DNA of 58,903 nucleotides from a virus (Duplodnaviria > Caudoviricetes): IMG/VR virus record IMGVR_UViG_3300014913_000511, positions 1 to 58,903 of that record. One strand, given 5' to 3'. This document shows positions 27,323-37,837 of the stretch, piece after piece. The notes beneath the pieces were generated by a model, which did no database searches, was not told where the DNA came from, and saw nothing but the letters and a program-made list of their open reading frames with translations. Each line of letters begins with the position of its first letter. Position 1 is the first letter of the stretch. Position numbers and translations under genes: made by a program.

Positions 27323-27887
27323 ACGTTCTCTCCTTAACTAGCGAGTAAAGTTTTTTTACATTCATTTCTACAGAATTAAATTCCGTAGCTAGAATTAGGT
27401 CTGGGTATTGAGGCACGTCGTAAGGGGCTGAAATGCCAGTAAAATTCAACGTCTGGCCCGTTAGAGCGGATTTGTACAGCCCTTTGGGATCACGCGCTAC
27501 ACACGTCTCTAGCGAACAAGCGACGTGTACGATAATCAAGCCTGGAGTTTTTTTCTTGATGTGACTTCGTAGTTTTTCGCAAGGGGAAATTGTGGCGACA
27601 ATTACCGGGATATTGTTCCTTGCTATTTTCTTCGATAACTTCCAGATACGGTAGGCGTTTTCCAGCCTATCGCCCTCCGAAAACCCCAACCCCTTACATA
27701 TGTGTTCGCGCATTCTGTCGCCGTCAAGAAAAGCGCAAATATATTTATCCTCATGCAGTTTGTCGACAACGCCTTGTGCAATAGTCGTTTTTCCCGAACC
27801 CGGAAGGCCTGTCATCCAGACGATAGGCGCAACGTGTTTTGTTTTACGCATCGGCAGTAACACGCTCGTAGTCGTTATTGTCCTCAC
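27300..27887 (-). CDS. cysC: Adenylyl-sulfate kinase (start probably about 27851)
   Basis: WMTGLPGSGKTT, LDGD..R..LGFS..DR.EN, RDPKGLY, FTGISAPY..P..PDL. Confidence 0.96.
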   Translation of the reverse strand: MRTITTTSVLLPMRKTKHVAPIVWMTGLPGSGKTTIAQGVVDKLHEDKYICAFLDGDRMREHICKGLGFSEGDRLENAYRIWKLSKKIARNNIPVIVATISPCEKLRSHIKKKTPGLIIVHVACSLETCVARDPKGLYKSALTGQTLNFTGISAPYDVPQYPDLILATEFNSVEMNVKKLYSLVKERTYEQCRLD

Positions 27888-28533
27888 ACATTACAGTCGC
27901 AACCATTCCATCGGCAATTGTTACCCCCGTTTGCCCGCTCACTTTAATCGTCAGGGCTTGCCCGGTTCCATTTTTCACTATGTAAATGCGCCCTCTTTGC
28001 TGTGGGGCGTTCAAATCAACGGCCCCTGAAGCGTTCGTCGCAGATAGAATATAACACGTTTGCTCCGTAGCCGAAAGGGTCCATGCGGTCGTACCTGCAC
28101 CGTAATCGTGGGTCGCTCGTCTGTAAACACGATCTGCGATAAATGGCGCACAATCGAAAGCGTTAGTACCGTCGAAGAAGATTAGATAAATTGCCGCAAA
28201 ATCAAGCGTTACACCATCGTCGCTTGCGCTTGCGCTACCTCGAATCGTGGGGGCATACGATCCAGTTGTGGAATTCTTTATAAACCAAAAACCCGGCTTT
28301 CCGTCGGGAATTGTCACGTCTATTGCAGCAGTCAAGGCCCCAGTCAACTCGATATAAGCCACGTCGCCGGTCTCTGCAATAGTCAACGCGACGTCTACCG
28401 CCCCTGCTACACTTTTCGTGAGCGTCTCGGTTAGTTTGTCTGCAAGTAAATTTATTCCTGAATTAATCGTTAAATATTTGCTATTCTGTGAACCCTCAAC
28501 GTTATCTCCGCCAAGATTGTCTATGCCGCTCAT
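27844..28533 (-). CDS. Tail fiber / minor tail protein
   Basis: LTGALTAAIDVTIP..WFIKNSTTG pattern typical of fiber proteins; follows the tail tip gene. Confidence 0.7.
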   Translation of the reverse strand: MSGIDNLGGDNVEGSQNSKYLTINSGINLLADKLTETLTKSVAGAVDVALTIAETGDVAYIELTGALTAAIDVTIPDGKPGFWFIKNSTTGSYAPTIRGSASASDDGVTLDFAAIYLIFFDGTNAFDCAPFIADRVYRRATHDYGAGTTAWTLSATEQTCYILSATNASGAVDLNAPQQRGRIYIVKNGTGQALTIKVSGQTGVTIADGMVATVMCEDNNDYERVTADA

Positions 28534-31500
28534 ATCGTGCTTTCTCCTTTTATTCCTCGTCCCACTTCACCGCTTAGTTGATAGATACGCACTGCGACCG
28601 CAGATTGCAAGCTTCCGAAATCAGTATTTTGTTGCGCAGCGGTATACGTGACCGTCGGTGACGTTTCACTTAAAAAAGTTCGCTTGACAGTCGTGCCGTC
28701 CATTATCTCAATGTCGTACGATTCCGGATAGTCATTAAGCGGCACCTCCGACACTAAATCTTTCAACTCGCCGTTAAACCTCGTGCGTCTCGTCCAGGTG
28801 ATAGTTAGATTGCCAGAGACGTCACGTGATCCTTTGATTAAAACAGGCGACCAGGGCAAAAGCCCTCTTGCTGTGTTTGTGAAATATTCAGAATTCCCGA
28901 CCTTAAGCGTGCCCCCGTCGCTTGATAAAAATCGATAAACGTAAGTCTTGCCAATATCGTCTTCGCTATCGTCAATACGAATCATATTGAGATACGAGAA
29001 AAGAAAACATCTATCTTCTGCCGTGTGTCCGCCCGTCTCGTGCTCAGTTCCTAACACCCCCCGGCGAAGTTCAGATAGGGTCCAAGTGCCGTCCGAGTTC
29101 TCCGTTTTAGTCGTAAACTGAATGATCTCATTGCCGATTACAAGGCGGTTTCCACCGTTACAAACTTGAATGCGCGTTTGGTTTGCGAAGTAAAAATCGT
29201 CACGAAAGAGGCGAATCGTGACAGTATTTTCCATGTCCCAGTCGTTATGATTTTCGCAATCTGCAAGCTCCGTGATAGCAACGCCGCAAGTCATTTCCCT
29301 AGGGATATATCCAATATCTTGCCACCCGTAATTAGTTGATTTTTGCAGGAAAACCCCAGCGAAAGTATTTGTAGGGGAATATGCACAAGCGTAGAATCCC
29401 GGCCCATCGTCCGCCGCGCCATTCAATAGGGGCAAGTTAAACAAAGTTCCCACCGAAGGAGAAAAAGCAGGAATAATATCATTATCTTCTGGCTCATCTA
29501 CGTTAATGTCCGGCGGAACATACAACTCATTATCTTCCTTGACAGCCTCGAACTTCACAAGGCCCGGCGTTCCGTAATCTCGCTTTGTTATTCTGACTAA
29601 GTAGTCAATATCGTCATCAGTAACGGTGATAACATCCGTTGGTTCAAGATCAATCTGACGAACAGAAGTGACAAATTTATAAACGTCTCGCGCCGTCCAC
29701 GTCGCCCACAACATAGTTTCGGCGAGTTTTCGAGCGTTTTGATCTGATAAAACCAACGGTAACGTGAGCGTATGTGCAACCCTTGAAGTCGTCTGAAGTC
29801 GTTGTGCTCTCTGCGTTCTAGGCTCGTATTTCTTGCTTGGCGAAAGGTAAGTAATCGCCACTTCACGGGGCAAATCGTCTTCTTCTTTGCTTGACTTTTC
29901 AAGAATCGTGGTTACTTTCTTCCCCGATTCGTGTGCCCCTAGATCGTCACTTGTTAGAGTACGGGCCGAACTACTCCCGCGCTCGACAAATTTAATTTTG
30001 CCTTCTGACTCCACCGCGTCAAATTTGTATGCTTGTGCAAGCATTTCTATCGCTCCGCGCACGGTCACTTGGTTGCTAATCGTGTAACCTCTCGCGGCTT
30101 CCGATAGGCCGTCAACGTCTATTTCCGGGTCGTTATCGAATTTCCAGACGGACATATCGTCGATGGAGAAATAATCAGAAGAGGGGATTACCGTAGACCC
30201 GGGATCGACATAATCCCACCCCACATAGGCAAGATTCGCGGGCCACGTGTCTTTATAATTATTAGGCGGTGAAGTTACGTATCTGTCGTAGGCTAGGAGA
30301 TGCGTAATACTTTCGACGTGCGTGCCGTCGGCTTTTGCTAAAAAAAACAACACTCGAACATAATCGTTTCCGCCGCTTTCAAATCTCGTCGGGTCTGCAG
30401 TGATCGTGAGAACTAAATCTTCGCCCTCAATATCGCTCCGATCTATCGTCCAGCTTTCATACGCTCGGGTGACAACATTATTTCCAACTGTGCAACTTCT
30501 AATTGCACCGTCGGTCGCGACTTCCCACCAGGCGATAGATTGCGAGTCGCTTAAATCGGCGACTTCCGCTAAGCACAAGCGCAATCCAACTCCATCGTCA
30601 GGAGCCGACGCATCATGTTTTATGTTGAATTTGAATTCGGCTTTCCACCCTTGACGATACGTTACAGTTGATGTTGCCGCGCCTGGCTCTGCCCCACCGT
30701 GTGTCGTATAATCAAGATGTATACTCCAATATCTACCATCCGTAGACGATGTATTATAATAAACAACAGCCGCTTCATTTTCAAATCGATTTTCAAGCTT
30801 AACTGAAGTGCCACCACCGAGTAAATCGGCAGGCTTCCCGGAAATAAAATCCTCTGGCATTCTGCCGTCGCGGATAAATTTTCGCGGGTCTACGGCGTAC
30901 CAGTAGTCGTTGTGGTCCTGCTCAACTTGTCGGAGTCCCGCTCGTGCGCATAGGTCGGAGATGACGTTCGGTAAAGATATTTCGCCAGATGTGAACTTGC
31001 CTTGCGTGATAAATGCCAATCCATCATCACCGTCAATGTCGCCTAGGGCTAAAACGTTTCCGTTCCAATTATGATACATAAGTGCTACAGGCTCAATATT
31101 CGATTCAGAGTCTAGGTCAGTGACAACAATCCCATTTACGATAAACGGATTGACTCGAAGCATATTATTGCTTCCGTCGTGCGTATAGAAAAAATACTCA
31201 CCTTCTGGTGTGACCGAATAACCTTGAGCGAAACCCGATCCCGCGTTATCGCCTACCCCTTGTGCAACTCCTTCTGTCGTTTTACATTCATTTTGAAACG
31301 TCAAGGTGTCCGCTGAAATGTCGTATTTGTATCGCAGCATTTTACTAGCAGACGCGACGACGATTGACACCTCTTCCGTCGTCCCCCAATCCACATAACT
31401 CACGAGGATTTCCTTAACCCCCGTTATGTCTGCGGAAATGTCATATTCGTCAACAAATCCACTGTTATTGAAATACAATAACTTCGTTGTGGCAGGGGAT

Positions 31501-32771
31501 GTTTTGGTCGCTACAACCCATATGCTAATACCATCAGGACTAGCGCCTACAGCGTTGTATGCAATCGTGCTATTCATCACTTCAAACGAATAAGAACTAT
31601 CTACGCCTGTAAGTGAGGTTAAATCAAATGGATATATGTCTGCAAGAGCGTCTTGAAAAAACATGGATAATGTTTGGTCAATAGGGTCAAGAACGATAAA
31701 CATAGCAGCCGCATAACCAACAGTCATGTTAAGGAAATTTATTGGGTTTACTACCCCTATTCTTTTTACAGAAGAAAAAGTAGTATTATTCGCCCATTCT
31801 ATCGTATCATTATTTCCATCTATGACAGCTATTCGTACTGTATCGCTAGTATATTGCAATGCGACTAAAATGTCATTCAAATTCCACCCTTGGTAACGAA
31901 GTATATAATCAAGGTCAGGAGATAAGTTGTAATTATCTTCTCCTATTTGAAAAGAGGATTTTCCCCACTCAATAGTAGAAAGGGTGTGATCAATTTTGTA
32001 TAAAATATTATCTGAATTTTGGTAGAAAATATGTGAAGGTAAATGTTGTTCCTTGCCGATAAATGGGGGCATGGCCATCATGCCATCGTTGCCCGTAAGC
32101 TCTATATCCACGTCAATATTTGTATAGCCAGCCCCCACAGTCACAGCGCTTGCAAACTCGGCTGTAATATTCGGGATTCTTTGCCCATATTTATCAATAG
32201 GAAAATCTTCAAAGACAATATATGCAAGTCCCCGATAAGCAGGAACTTCTCCGACGCCTTCGTAACCCTCAATTACGTCTGAAGGTTCCTGATCTTCTGT
32301 CCCTAGAAAAACCTCCATATTTACTGGTTCAAGAGCGACAACAGGTGAATGACCGGTCATATCATAAAACAATTCACCGTCTGCCCACAATCGTAAAAGT
32401 TCTGCCATCGGCCCTTGCCCAAAGGCAATCGCAAAAGAGGCCGTGTATGTGTGTGACGTAGTTGTAGAGCCACCTTTTCCCCAAGTAGTCCCTGAAGTTT
32501 CGGTAGAAGTGTCAACTTTATATCCTGGATACCATATGATATTTCCCGCCAACCGATTGGCTCCATAAAGCAGAGGTATTACACGTCCGTAAACGCTACT
32601 TTGAACGGAAACGCCCTCAATCTCTGGCATTTCATTTTGCACTGTCTCGGGAGCGAAAAGTACCATCCTATCGACGATAGAGCCAATCATGGATCCAATA
32701 GCAAACCCGATTCCCGCTGATGCTTTGCCCGCTATTGCCGCCCCTGCGAAACCTAATACCAAACTAGCCAT
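28530..32771 (-). CDS. Tail tip / host specificity protein (GTA-like, Phage-tail_3)
   Basis: SVYGRVIP..YG..RLAGNIIW, VPAYRGLAYIVF, LSELRRG..GTE, ITWTRRTR motifs. Confidence 0.9.
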   Translation of the reverse strand: MASLVLGFAGAAIAGKASAGIGFAIGSMIGSIVDRMVLFAPETVQNEMPEIEGVSVQSSVYGRVIPLLYGANRLAGNIIWYPGYKVDTSTETSGTTWGKGGSTTTSHTYTASFAIAFGQGPMAELLRLWADGELFYDMTGHSPVVALEPVNMEVFLGTEDQEPSDVIEGYEGVGEVPAYRGLAYIVFEDFPIDKYGQRIPNITAEFASAVTVGAGYTNIDVDIELTGNDGMMAMPPFIGKEQHLPSHIFYQNSDNILYKIDHTLSTIEWGKSSFQIGEDNYNLSPDLDYILRYQGWNLNDILVALQYTSDTVRIAVIDGNNDTIEWANNTTFSSVKRIGVVNPINFLNMTVGYAAAMFIVLDPIDQTLSMFFQDALADIYPFDLTSLTGVDSSYSFEVMNSTIAYNAVGASPDGISIWVVATKTSPATTKLLYFNNSGFVDEYDISADITGVKEILVSYVDWGTTEEVSIVVASASKMLRYKYDISADTLTFQNECKTTEGVAQGVGDNAGSGFAQGYSVTPEGEYFFYTHDGSNNMLRVNPFIVNGIVVTDLDSESNIEPVALMYHNWNGNVLALGDIDGDDGLAFITQGKFTSGEISLPNVISDLCARAGLRQVEQDHNDYWYAVDPRKFIRDGRMPEDFISGKPADLLGGGTSVKLENRFENEAAVVYYNTSSTDGRYWSIHLDYTTHGGAEPGAATSTVTYRQGWKAEFKFNIKHDASAPDDGVGLRLCLAEVADLSDSQSIAWWEVATDGAIRSCTVGNNVVTRAYESWTIDRSDIEGEDLVLTITADPTRFESGGNDYVRVLFFLAKADGTHVESITHLLAYDRYVTSPPNNYKDTWPANLAYVGWDYVDPGSTVIPSSDYFSIDDMSVWKFDNDPEIDVDGLSEAARGYTISNQVTVRGAIEMLAQAYKFDAVESEGKIKFVERGSSSARTLTSDDLGAHESGKKVTTILEKSSKEEDDLPREVAITYLSPSKKYEPRTQRAQRLQTTSRVAHTLTLPLVLSDQNARKLAETMLWATWTARDVYKFVTSVRQIDLEPTDVITVTDDDIDYLVRITKRDYGTPGLVKFEAVKEDNELYVPPDINVDEPEDNDIIPAFSPSVGTLFNLPLLNGAADDGPGFYACAYSPTNTFAGVFLQKSTNYGWQDIGYIPREMTCGVAITELADCENHNDWDMENTVTIRLFRDDFYFANQTRIQVCNGGNRLVIGNEIIQFTTKTENSDGTWTLSELRRGVLGTEHETGGHTAEDRCFLFSYLNMIRIDDSEDDIGKTYVYRFLSSDGGTLKVGNSEYFTNTARGLLPWSPVLIKGSRDVSGNLTITWTRRTRFNGELKDLVSEVPLNDYPESYDIEIMDGTTVKRTFLSETSPTVTYTAAQQNTDFGSLQSAVAVRIYQLSGEVGRGIKGESTI

Positions 32772-33186
32772 GCTTTAAGCCCTTAAAAGTCCAGGTTTGA
32801 TATATGCGCCTTCGCCATTTGTCGTTCAATCTACTCACTATCGTACCATGTTGCATGTCGCAATGGACAAACTTATTAAACCTCGTCATGATTCCAAAAT
32901 GACGAGGAGCGCCGCCCATTTTGAACAATAATATTTGCCCTGGTCGTATCTCCACCACCGGATTAAGACGTGCAATTTCTTGGAATCTAGGAGTATATTT
33001 TACCAAAACTTCCGATTGTACGTAGTATTTTATATCCCAATTTTCGGGAATTAAGCCGACCTTCCGACCGGTCAAAACAACTAACCCCCCGCAGTCAATT
33101 CCATGCTTCGAGCGTCCCTGGTGACGATAAGGTGTGCCAACAAGATCAAATGCGGCATTGCAGATATTGAGAGTGTTGTCGTTCAT
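32764..33186 (-). CDS. NlpC/P60 tail peptidase
   Basis: GTPYRHQGR..GIDCGGL, HFGI, FVH. Confidence 0.92.
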   Translation of the reverse strand: MNDNTLNICNAAFDLVGTPYRHQGRSKHGIDCGGLVVLTGRKVGLIPENWDIKYYVQSEVLVKYTPRFQEIARLNPVVEIRPGQILLFKMGGAPRHFGIMTRFNKFVHCDMQHGTIVSRLNDKWRRRIYQTWTFKGLKHG

Positions 33187-33188
33187 GT

Positions 33189-34058
33189 TTAAGTAATCGC
33201 GTCACTAATTCCAGGATATTCCAAAATCTTATCCTGCCCCGGTACGTGCGGAAAGCCTCGAAAATTGTCGACGTTGGAAAAAATATCTCGACAAACTGAA
33301 AAAGTCCTGTCGCAACCAGCCGTGATTGTGAATGTATCACCGACATCAATATCATAGGGCATTTTGTCGACTAAATCAACGGTATCGGTAGAACTGGTGA
33401 AGTCTTTTACCTCGCTCGCAATGTTATTATTGGCTCCGCTCGTCCACGTAAGCAGGCCGTATTGATAATAATGATTCACCGCTGTCAAACTCGTATCAAT
33501 AAAGGTCCGACGACTTGAGACGCTCGTGACCGTTCCAGTATCGGTAAAACTTCCCGCGACATCTACCCCACACCGCGCATCGCCTAACTCATAGCACCCA
33601 CACGTCGGGGCGTAAACCTCCAAAACAGGAGTTTGCAGCCTCGATGTAATGGATTTCACCGTCGTAAAAAACTGCTCATCTCTAATCTCTACTAGCCCTA
33701 GACGCCACCCCTTCAATAGGTAAATTTTACCATCGCTAAACGACTCGTAGTTAACTAGGAAAATGTCAAGCCGCGCTCGGTCGTACTTTCCTGCTCGAAG
33801 TTCCGCTTCTGTAATCACCTCTGAATCAAGAAACGTCACGAGATCAACGTCGTCAACGGATAAGCCGGACTTTAGCTCCGTGGCCGTCTGCGAATAGCCT
33901 TTATTGGACTCGTATAATTGACCACCGAAAGTCAAATCTTCGTCGTGTGTCGTAAAACCAAACGTTTTGCCGTCTTCACGTGTCAGAAGCCAGCACTGCG
34001 CAAGTGTAGTTGTCTCTTGCTCTAAATGTGCAAGCATGTTCGTGGAAAGTGTCAGCAT
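33189..34058 (-). CDS. Baseplate hub, DUF2163/BR0599 family
   Basis: TTLAQCW.LTR.DG..GFT.HD, AGCDRT..C..F.N..NFRGFPHVPG. Confidence 0.93.
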   Translation of the reverse strand: MLTLSTNMLAHLEQETTTLAQCWLLTREDGKTFGFTTHDEDLTFGGQLYESNKGYSQTATELKSGLSVDDVDLVTFLDSEVITEAELRAGKYDRARLDIFLVNYESFSDGKIYLLKGWRLGLVEIRDEQFFTTVKSITSRLQTPVLEVYAPTCGCYELGDARCGVDVAGSFTDTGTVTSVSSRRTFIDTSLTAVNHYYQYGLLTWTSGANNNIASEVKDFTSSTDTVDLVDKMPYDIDVGDTFTITAGCDRTFSVCRDIFSNVDNFRGFPHVPGQDKILEYPGISDAIT

Positions 34059-34060
34059 AA

Positions 34061-34675
34061 TTACACCCTGATTTCGATTATAGGAACCTCGAAACTACCG
34101 GCGAGATAATGCGACAAGTCGGTTTTCAATACGTCAGTATCGAACCTTACAGGAACGTCGAATTCAAATGTAGCATTTATTACCGCCCCAGCCCCTGGGA
34201 TGGCCCCCGCTTGAAAAGTAATAATGCCCGTCGTGGTGGAGAAATCATACTCTGTTGAATACACTTGTGGCACATCGTCCACATAAACAGACAAGGAACC
34301 GCTCACAGGCTTTGTAATTGTCCTTGAATAAGACCACAAAGAGTAATTATAAATCTTGACAATCTGATATTCCGTCTGCGCTCCCGTGCCCGTGCCTATT
34401 TCAACATATGTGCCCTCGTAATCCATCCAGTCCTTGAAACGAAAGCCGATCAACTTCCCCTGCATTACTTGAAAGAATTCTTTTAGCGATTGTAGTTGCG
34501 TCTTCGTCTTAATGCCCGTCGCAACGTCCCATTTATGACGAGGATTCGCCCACGCAGCGTTACGCTTTTCGGCTCCAGATACAAGCTCGACTATCTCCGT
34601 GCGCCATTCCGGGCCACCCACGAGGCCCGATTCTGCCGCTATATCTGTAGGGAATTGAACTTCACGAAAACTCAT
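34061..34675 (-). CDS. Distal tail protein, DUF2460 (TIGR02217)
   Basis: GGPEWRTEIV..SG.E.RN, GFRFKDW.D, FEFDVPVRFD. Confidence 0.95.
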   Translation of the reverse strand: MSFREVQFPTDIAAESGLVGGPEWRTEIVELVSGAEKRNAAWANPRHKWDVATGIKTKTQLQSLKEFFQVMQGKLIGFRFKDWMDYEGTYVEIGTGTGAQTEYQIVKIYNYSLWSYSRTITKPVSGSLSVYVDDVPQVYSTEYDFSTTTGIITFQAGAIPGAGAVINATFEFDVPVRFDTDVLKTDLSHYLAGSFEVPIIEIRV

Positions 34676-37107
34676 AAGTTACTCGCTCCTCGCTGAATAG
34701 TCCGAAGTTGCGATGCTGATTTTTGCCCCCTACTAGGCGTGAATTTCACCGTTGTTTCCGGGTCTCGCGTCTGGATAATAATCGATGGCATGTCCGAATT
34801 CGACGATTGTCCACGAGGAATTACTTGTTCGCCACGTTGGAGGATAGCAGGGAATTCATCGGCTTTTAGGCCGTTATGGAGTCGTGTAACACCTGTGAAA
34901 GGCACTCCTACGCTTCCTGCTCCTGCTCCTGCTCCTGCCGCCGCAGCCCCGATTCCAGTGCCCATAGCGTCTGTAAGCATCTTACTAATATCTTTAAATA
35001 AAGGCTCGATTACAACTTTCTGAATGACCATCTGCGTAATCATTTTAGAGAAAGCAAGCCCAATATCCTTAAACGTGGTTTCGGAATTGTAAAGCATATC
35101 AGTCAAACTTTGGCTGAAACTCGCGCCCCATCCGACAAAAGCATCTGCCATAGTAGTAGTCAAATCTTTAGTTTTTTCTTTTTGGTCTTCTAGCCACTTG
35201 GCGTACTCCTTGTTGGTGGATTTTAGCACTGCTTTGTAATAACGCTCCCATTCGGCAATCGCTTCTTTGTCGTCGCCTAATTTCTCACGAATAGCCTCTG
35301 CTTCACGTTCAAGGAAAAACAGTTTCGTCTCGAATTGGTTGTGTGTGGCGGCATAAGATTTTCCAGACCAGTCAGATAGAATGGATTCTTTTTCTTTTTG
35401 CATACGGGCATATTCTGCATTTTCCTGCTTAAATAGATCAAAAATTCCTTGCAGTTGTTGAGCCTTTAAAGCTTCTTCCTTTTTTCTTCTGATTTCTTCT
35501 GCTTTAGCTTGCCCTTCTTTTGCCCTTTTTATTCTAGCGGCTGTATCCTTTAATTCTCTTTCAGTCGGCCCCACTGCCGCAAGGTTAATCGGTCCTGGCC
35601 TGTCTAGAGCCATCGGATAATCAGGCGTTGGAACTTCTGCTTTAGTTATTTTTGGAATTTGAAATTGTTTCCATTTACCATCAACTTTTATTGATTGCGT
35701 GATAAATTCAACATCCCCACTATTGTCTTTAGGAGTAGCCGTAGCACCTCCCCCCGCAGAAGGGATTGTAGCTTGATCGATAGCGTCGGTAATATTATTT
35801 ACAGCGGCAAGCACGGTTGTGGCTGCCAACATAACAGCCCGGAACTTCTTCCCTCCAAGAAGTACGCCGATAATTCCAACTTCTTGAATTGTTGTAGGAA
35901 GGGCGCTCCACCCCTTAATCACGCCAGTAATTACACTTGCAATTTCTTTCCCTATCGTAGCAACGTCAGTGGCAATTTCTCCGGTATCACCAATAAAATC
36001 AAGGATCGTTTTTTCATTTTTCTTTATGAAATCCACGAAATCTTGAATTCCACCGCGTAAGTCTTCACGAAAAACTTTAGAAGCTTTAATTCCAATCCCA
36101 TCAATCGCAGATTTAAGGAGCTTAAAATCGCCCTCAACCGTGTCTAGTTTAGTATTAGCTAAAGCCTCAGTTTCTCCCCTAACGCCCTCAAGCTTACCCT
36201 TCAATTTCTCATAAGCGTCAATCTGATTCATCAGGATTAAGATCGACTTTGCTGCATACATGCCGTAAGTCTTTTGAACTTCGTTGACGCCCCACCCTGC
36301 TTTTTTCGCAGCCTTCAACGTCCCAATCAGATCATTATTCGCCGTCCCAAGGATTTTCGCAGCCTTGCTATTCCTGATCAAAGAGGCTTTTAAGTCAGAG
36401 CCAGCGATACTTGCTTTAATTCCACTATTGGCAAGCACACCCAACATGGCAGACAACTCTTTAATATCAACGCCCATTTGTGCCGCCACTGGAGCCGCAA
36501 ATTTCAACGACTCGCCGAGCATTTCCACGTTAGTATTCGCACGAGTTGTGACGCCAATTAGCGTATCCGTGAAATCATCCAGCTCTTCAACGCCTAGACC
36601 CATGGCGGTCAAAGAGTCGGTCACAATATCTGAGGCCCGCCCCAAGTCCATCCCAGCAGCGCTTGCGAATTTCAACACCCGTGGCAAAGCGGCGATGGAT
36701 TTTTGGGCGGACCAACCCGCCATGCCCATGTATTTCAGGGCTTCGGCGCTTTGCTTAGCCGACCAAGCAGTAGTTATTCCTGCATGTTCTGCCGCTTTTT
36801 CTAGTGCCGCAAAATCACTCGCGCTCGCCCGCATGACGCCTTTGACGGTCGCCATTTCAGATTCAAATGCCATTCCCACATGCACGATTGACGATGCGAC
36901 TCTTGACAATGCCGATAAAGTCGCAACACTTCCAAAGGCAATGAGGGCCTTCGAGGCAAGATTCGCCGAATGCTCTGTGCCCTTTAACGATTTATTTATC
37001 GCATTAGTAGACCGCTTGGCTGCACGCTCGCCCTTAATAAGGCCAAGCGTGTCCATCTTAATATGCCCGAGAAGTGTACCTACGTCTAAGTCATTCTTAC
37101 CCGCCAT
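34672..37107 (-). CDS. Tape measure protein (TP901 family)
   Basis: 811 aa, Ala-rich; AEALKYMGMAGW, ANSGIKAS.AG..L. Confidence 0.95.
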   Translation of the reverse strand: MAGKNDLDVGTLLGHIKMDTLGLIKGERAAKRSTNAINKSLKGTEHSANLASKALIAFGSVATLSALSRVASSIVHVGMAFESEMATVKGVMRASASDFAALEKAAEHAGITTAWSAKQSAEALKYMGMAGWSAQKSIAALPRVLKFASAAGMDLGRASDIVTDSLTAMGLGVEELDDFTDTLIGVTTRANTNVEMLGESLKFAAPVAAQMGVDIKELSAMLGVLANSGIKASIAGSDLKASLIRNSKAAKILGTANNDLIGTLKAAKKAGWGVNEVQKTYGMYAAKSILILMNQIDAYEKLKGKLEGVRGETEALANTKLDTVEGDFKLLKSAIDGIGIKASKVFREDLRGGIQDFVDFIKKNEKTILDFIGDTGEIATDVATIGKEIASVITGVIKGWSALPTTIQEVGIIGVLLGGKKFRAVMLAATTVLAAVNNITDAIDQATIPSAGGGATATPKDNSGDVEFITQSIKVDGKWKQFQIPKITKAEVPTPDYPMALDRPGPINLAAVGPTERELKDTAARIKRAKEGQAKAEEIRRKKEEALKAQQLQGIFDLFKQENAEYARMQKEKESILSDWSGKSYAATHNQFETKLFFLEREAEAIREKLGDDKEAIAEWERYYKAVLKSTNKEYAKWLEDQKEKTKDLTTTMADAFVGWGASFSQSLTDMLYNSETTFKDIGLAFSKMITQMVIQKVVIEPLFKDISKMLTDAMGTGIGAAAAGAGAGAGSVGVPFTGVTRLHNGLKADEFPAILQRGEQVIPRGQSSNSDMPSIIIQTRDPETTVKFTPSRGQKSASQLRTIQRGASNL

Positions 37108-37122
37108 TTGTCAAAACTTCCG

Positions 37123-37473
37123 TCATGTAGCGTTTTCTTTAGGCCCGATCATCCCCCCGAAAACTTCTTTAATTTGCGCCGCCACGGCTTCGGGGGAATT
37201 TCTCGGTACCGTATCAACCTGGGACAAGGTGAAATCGTAAGGCGTGAACTTTTTCTTTCCATCGCCTCCCAACGCCACCATAATTTGCCCCAAAATCCCC
37301 AATCGTAACTCCTCCGCATGGGGGCCAAACGGCTCTATTCTCGCGTACACTTGCCACTCGGTTAACTGTCGACTCGTTAACACTTCAGCCAAATAATCAG
37401 GGTGCGGATAGCCAAGTGCTAACGCTAGGCGGAAGAGGAATCTTCGGTCTCCGCTTCCGCTTCGGAGTTTTTT
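37123..37473 (-). CDS. Tail assembly chaperone GT extension (by -1 frameshift)
   Basis: Slippery A AAA AAC at 37467-37473; the -1 frame reads KLRSGSGDRRFLFRLALALGYPHPDYLAEVLTSRQLTEW. Confidence 0.82.
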   Translation of the reverse strand, partial: KKLRSGSGDRRFLFRLALALGYPHPDYLAEVLTSRQLTEWQVYARIEPFGPHAEELRLGILGQIMVALGGDGKKKFTPYDFTLSQVDTVPRNSPEAVAAQIKEVFGGMIGPKENAT

Positions 37474-37814
37474 TCTATTTCGTCCGCGTCACCCACATTG
37501 ATCTTATTCAAAGACAATATCTCGTTGTGGATGAAGATAACTACATTCCCAGACTGGGCATTCAAATCTTCTATATCCTTCCTGCCGAAAAGACGCTTCC
37601 CGTTCTCGTCAACAATGGACATTGCCAGGCAAGTCACCCGTACTTTACCAGATTTTAGCGCTCCATTAGAAGCAGTGAAGAGTTCTTCCATCTCCTCGCG
37701 TTGGGCTGCCGTTAACTCCTGAATCCGAATATCGCCTCCCCATTCAGGGATAGACAAATCCTTGTATTTCAGAGTTCGCGGCACTAGAATGTCTTTTTTC
37801 GTCAAGAGCGGCAT
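37425..37814 (-). CDS. Tail assembly chaperone (gpG-like)
   Basis: IPEWGGDIRIQEL, SIVDENGKRLF; ends ..EKNS at the slippery site. Confidence 0.9.
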   Translation of the reverse strand: MPLLTKKDILVPRTLKYKDLSIPEWGGDIRIQELTAAQREEMEELFTASNGALKSGKVRVTCLAMSIVDENGKRLFGRKDIEDLNAQSGNVVIFIHNEILSLNKINVGDADEIEKNSEAEAETEDSSSA

Positions 37815-37837
37815 AAAGCCTCCTGTCTAAGTTGTTG

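Noticed and set aside
36284-37240. Long plus-strand ORFs (also 43734-44777 and 20552-21508)
   Set aside because: These are antisense shadows of the tape measure, capsid and pentapeptide genes, with no recognisable motifs.
37425-37473. Tail chaperone -1 frameshift as a novelty
   Set aside because: Real, but it is the well-known G/GT mechanism; listed as a feature only.
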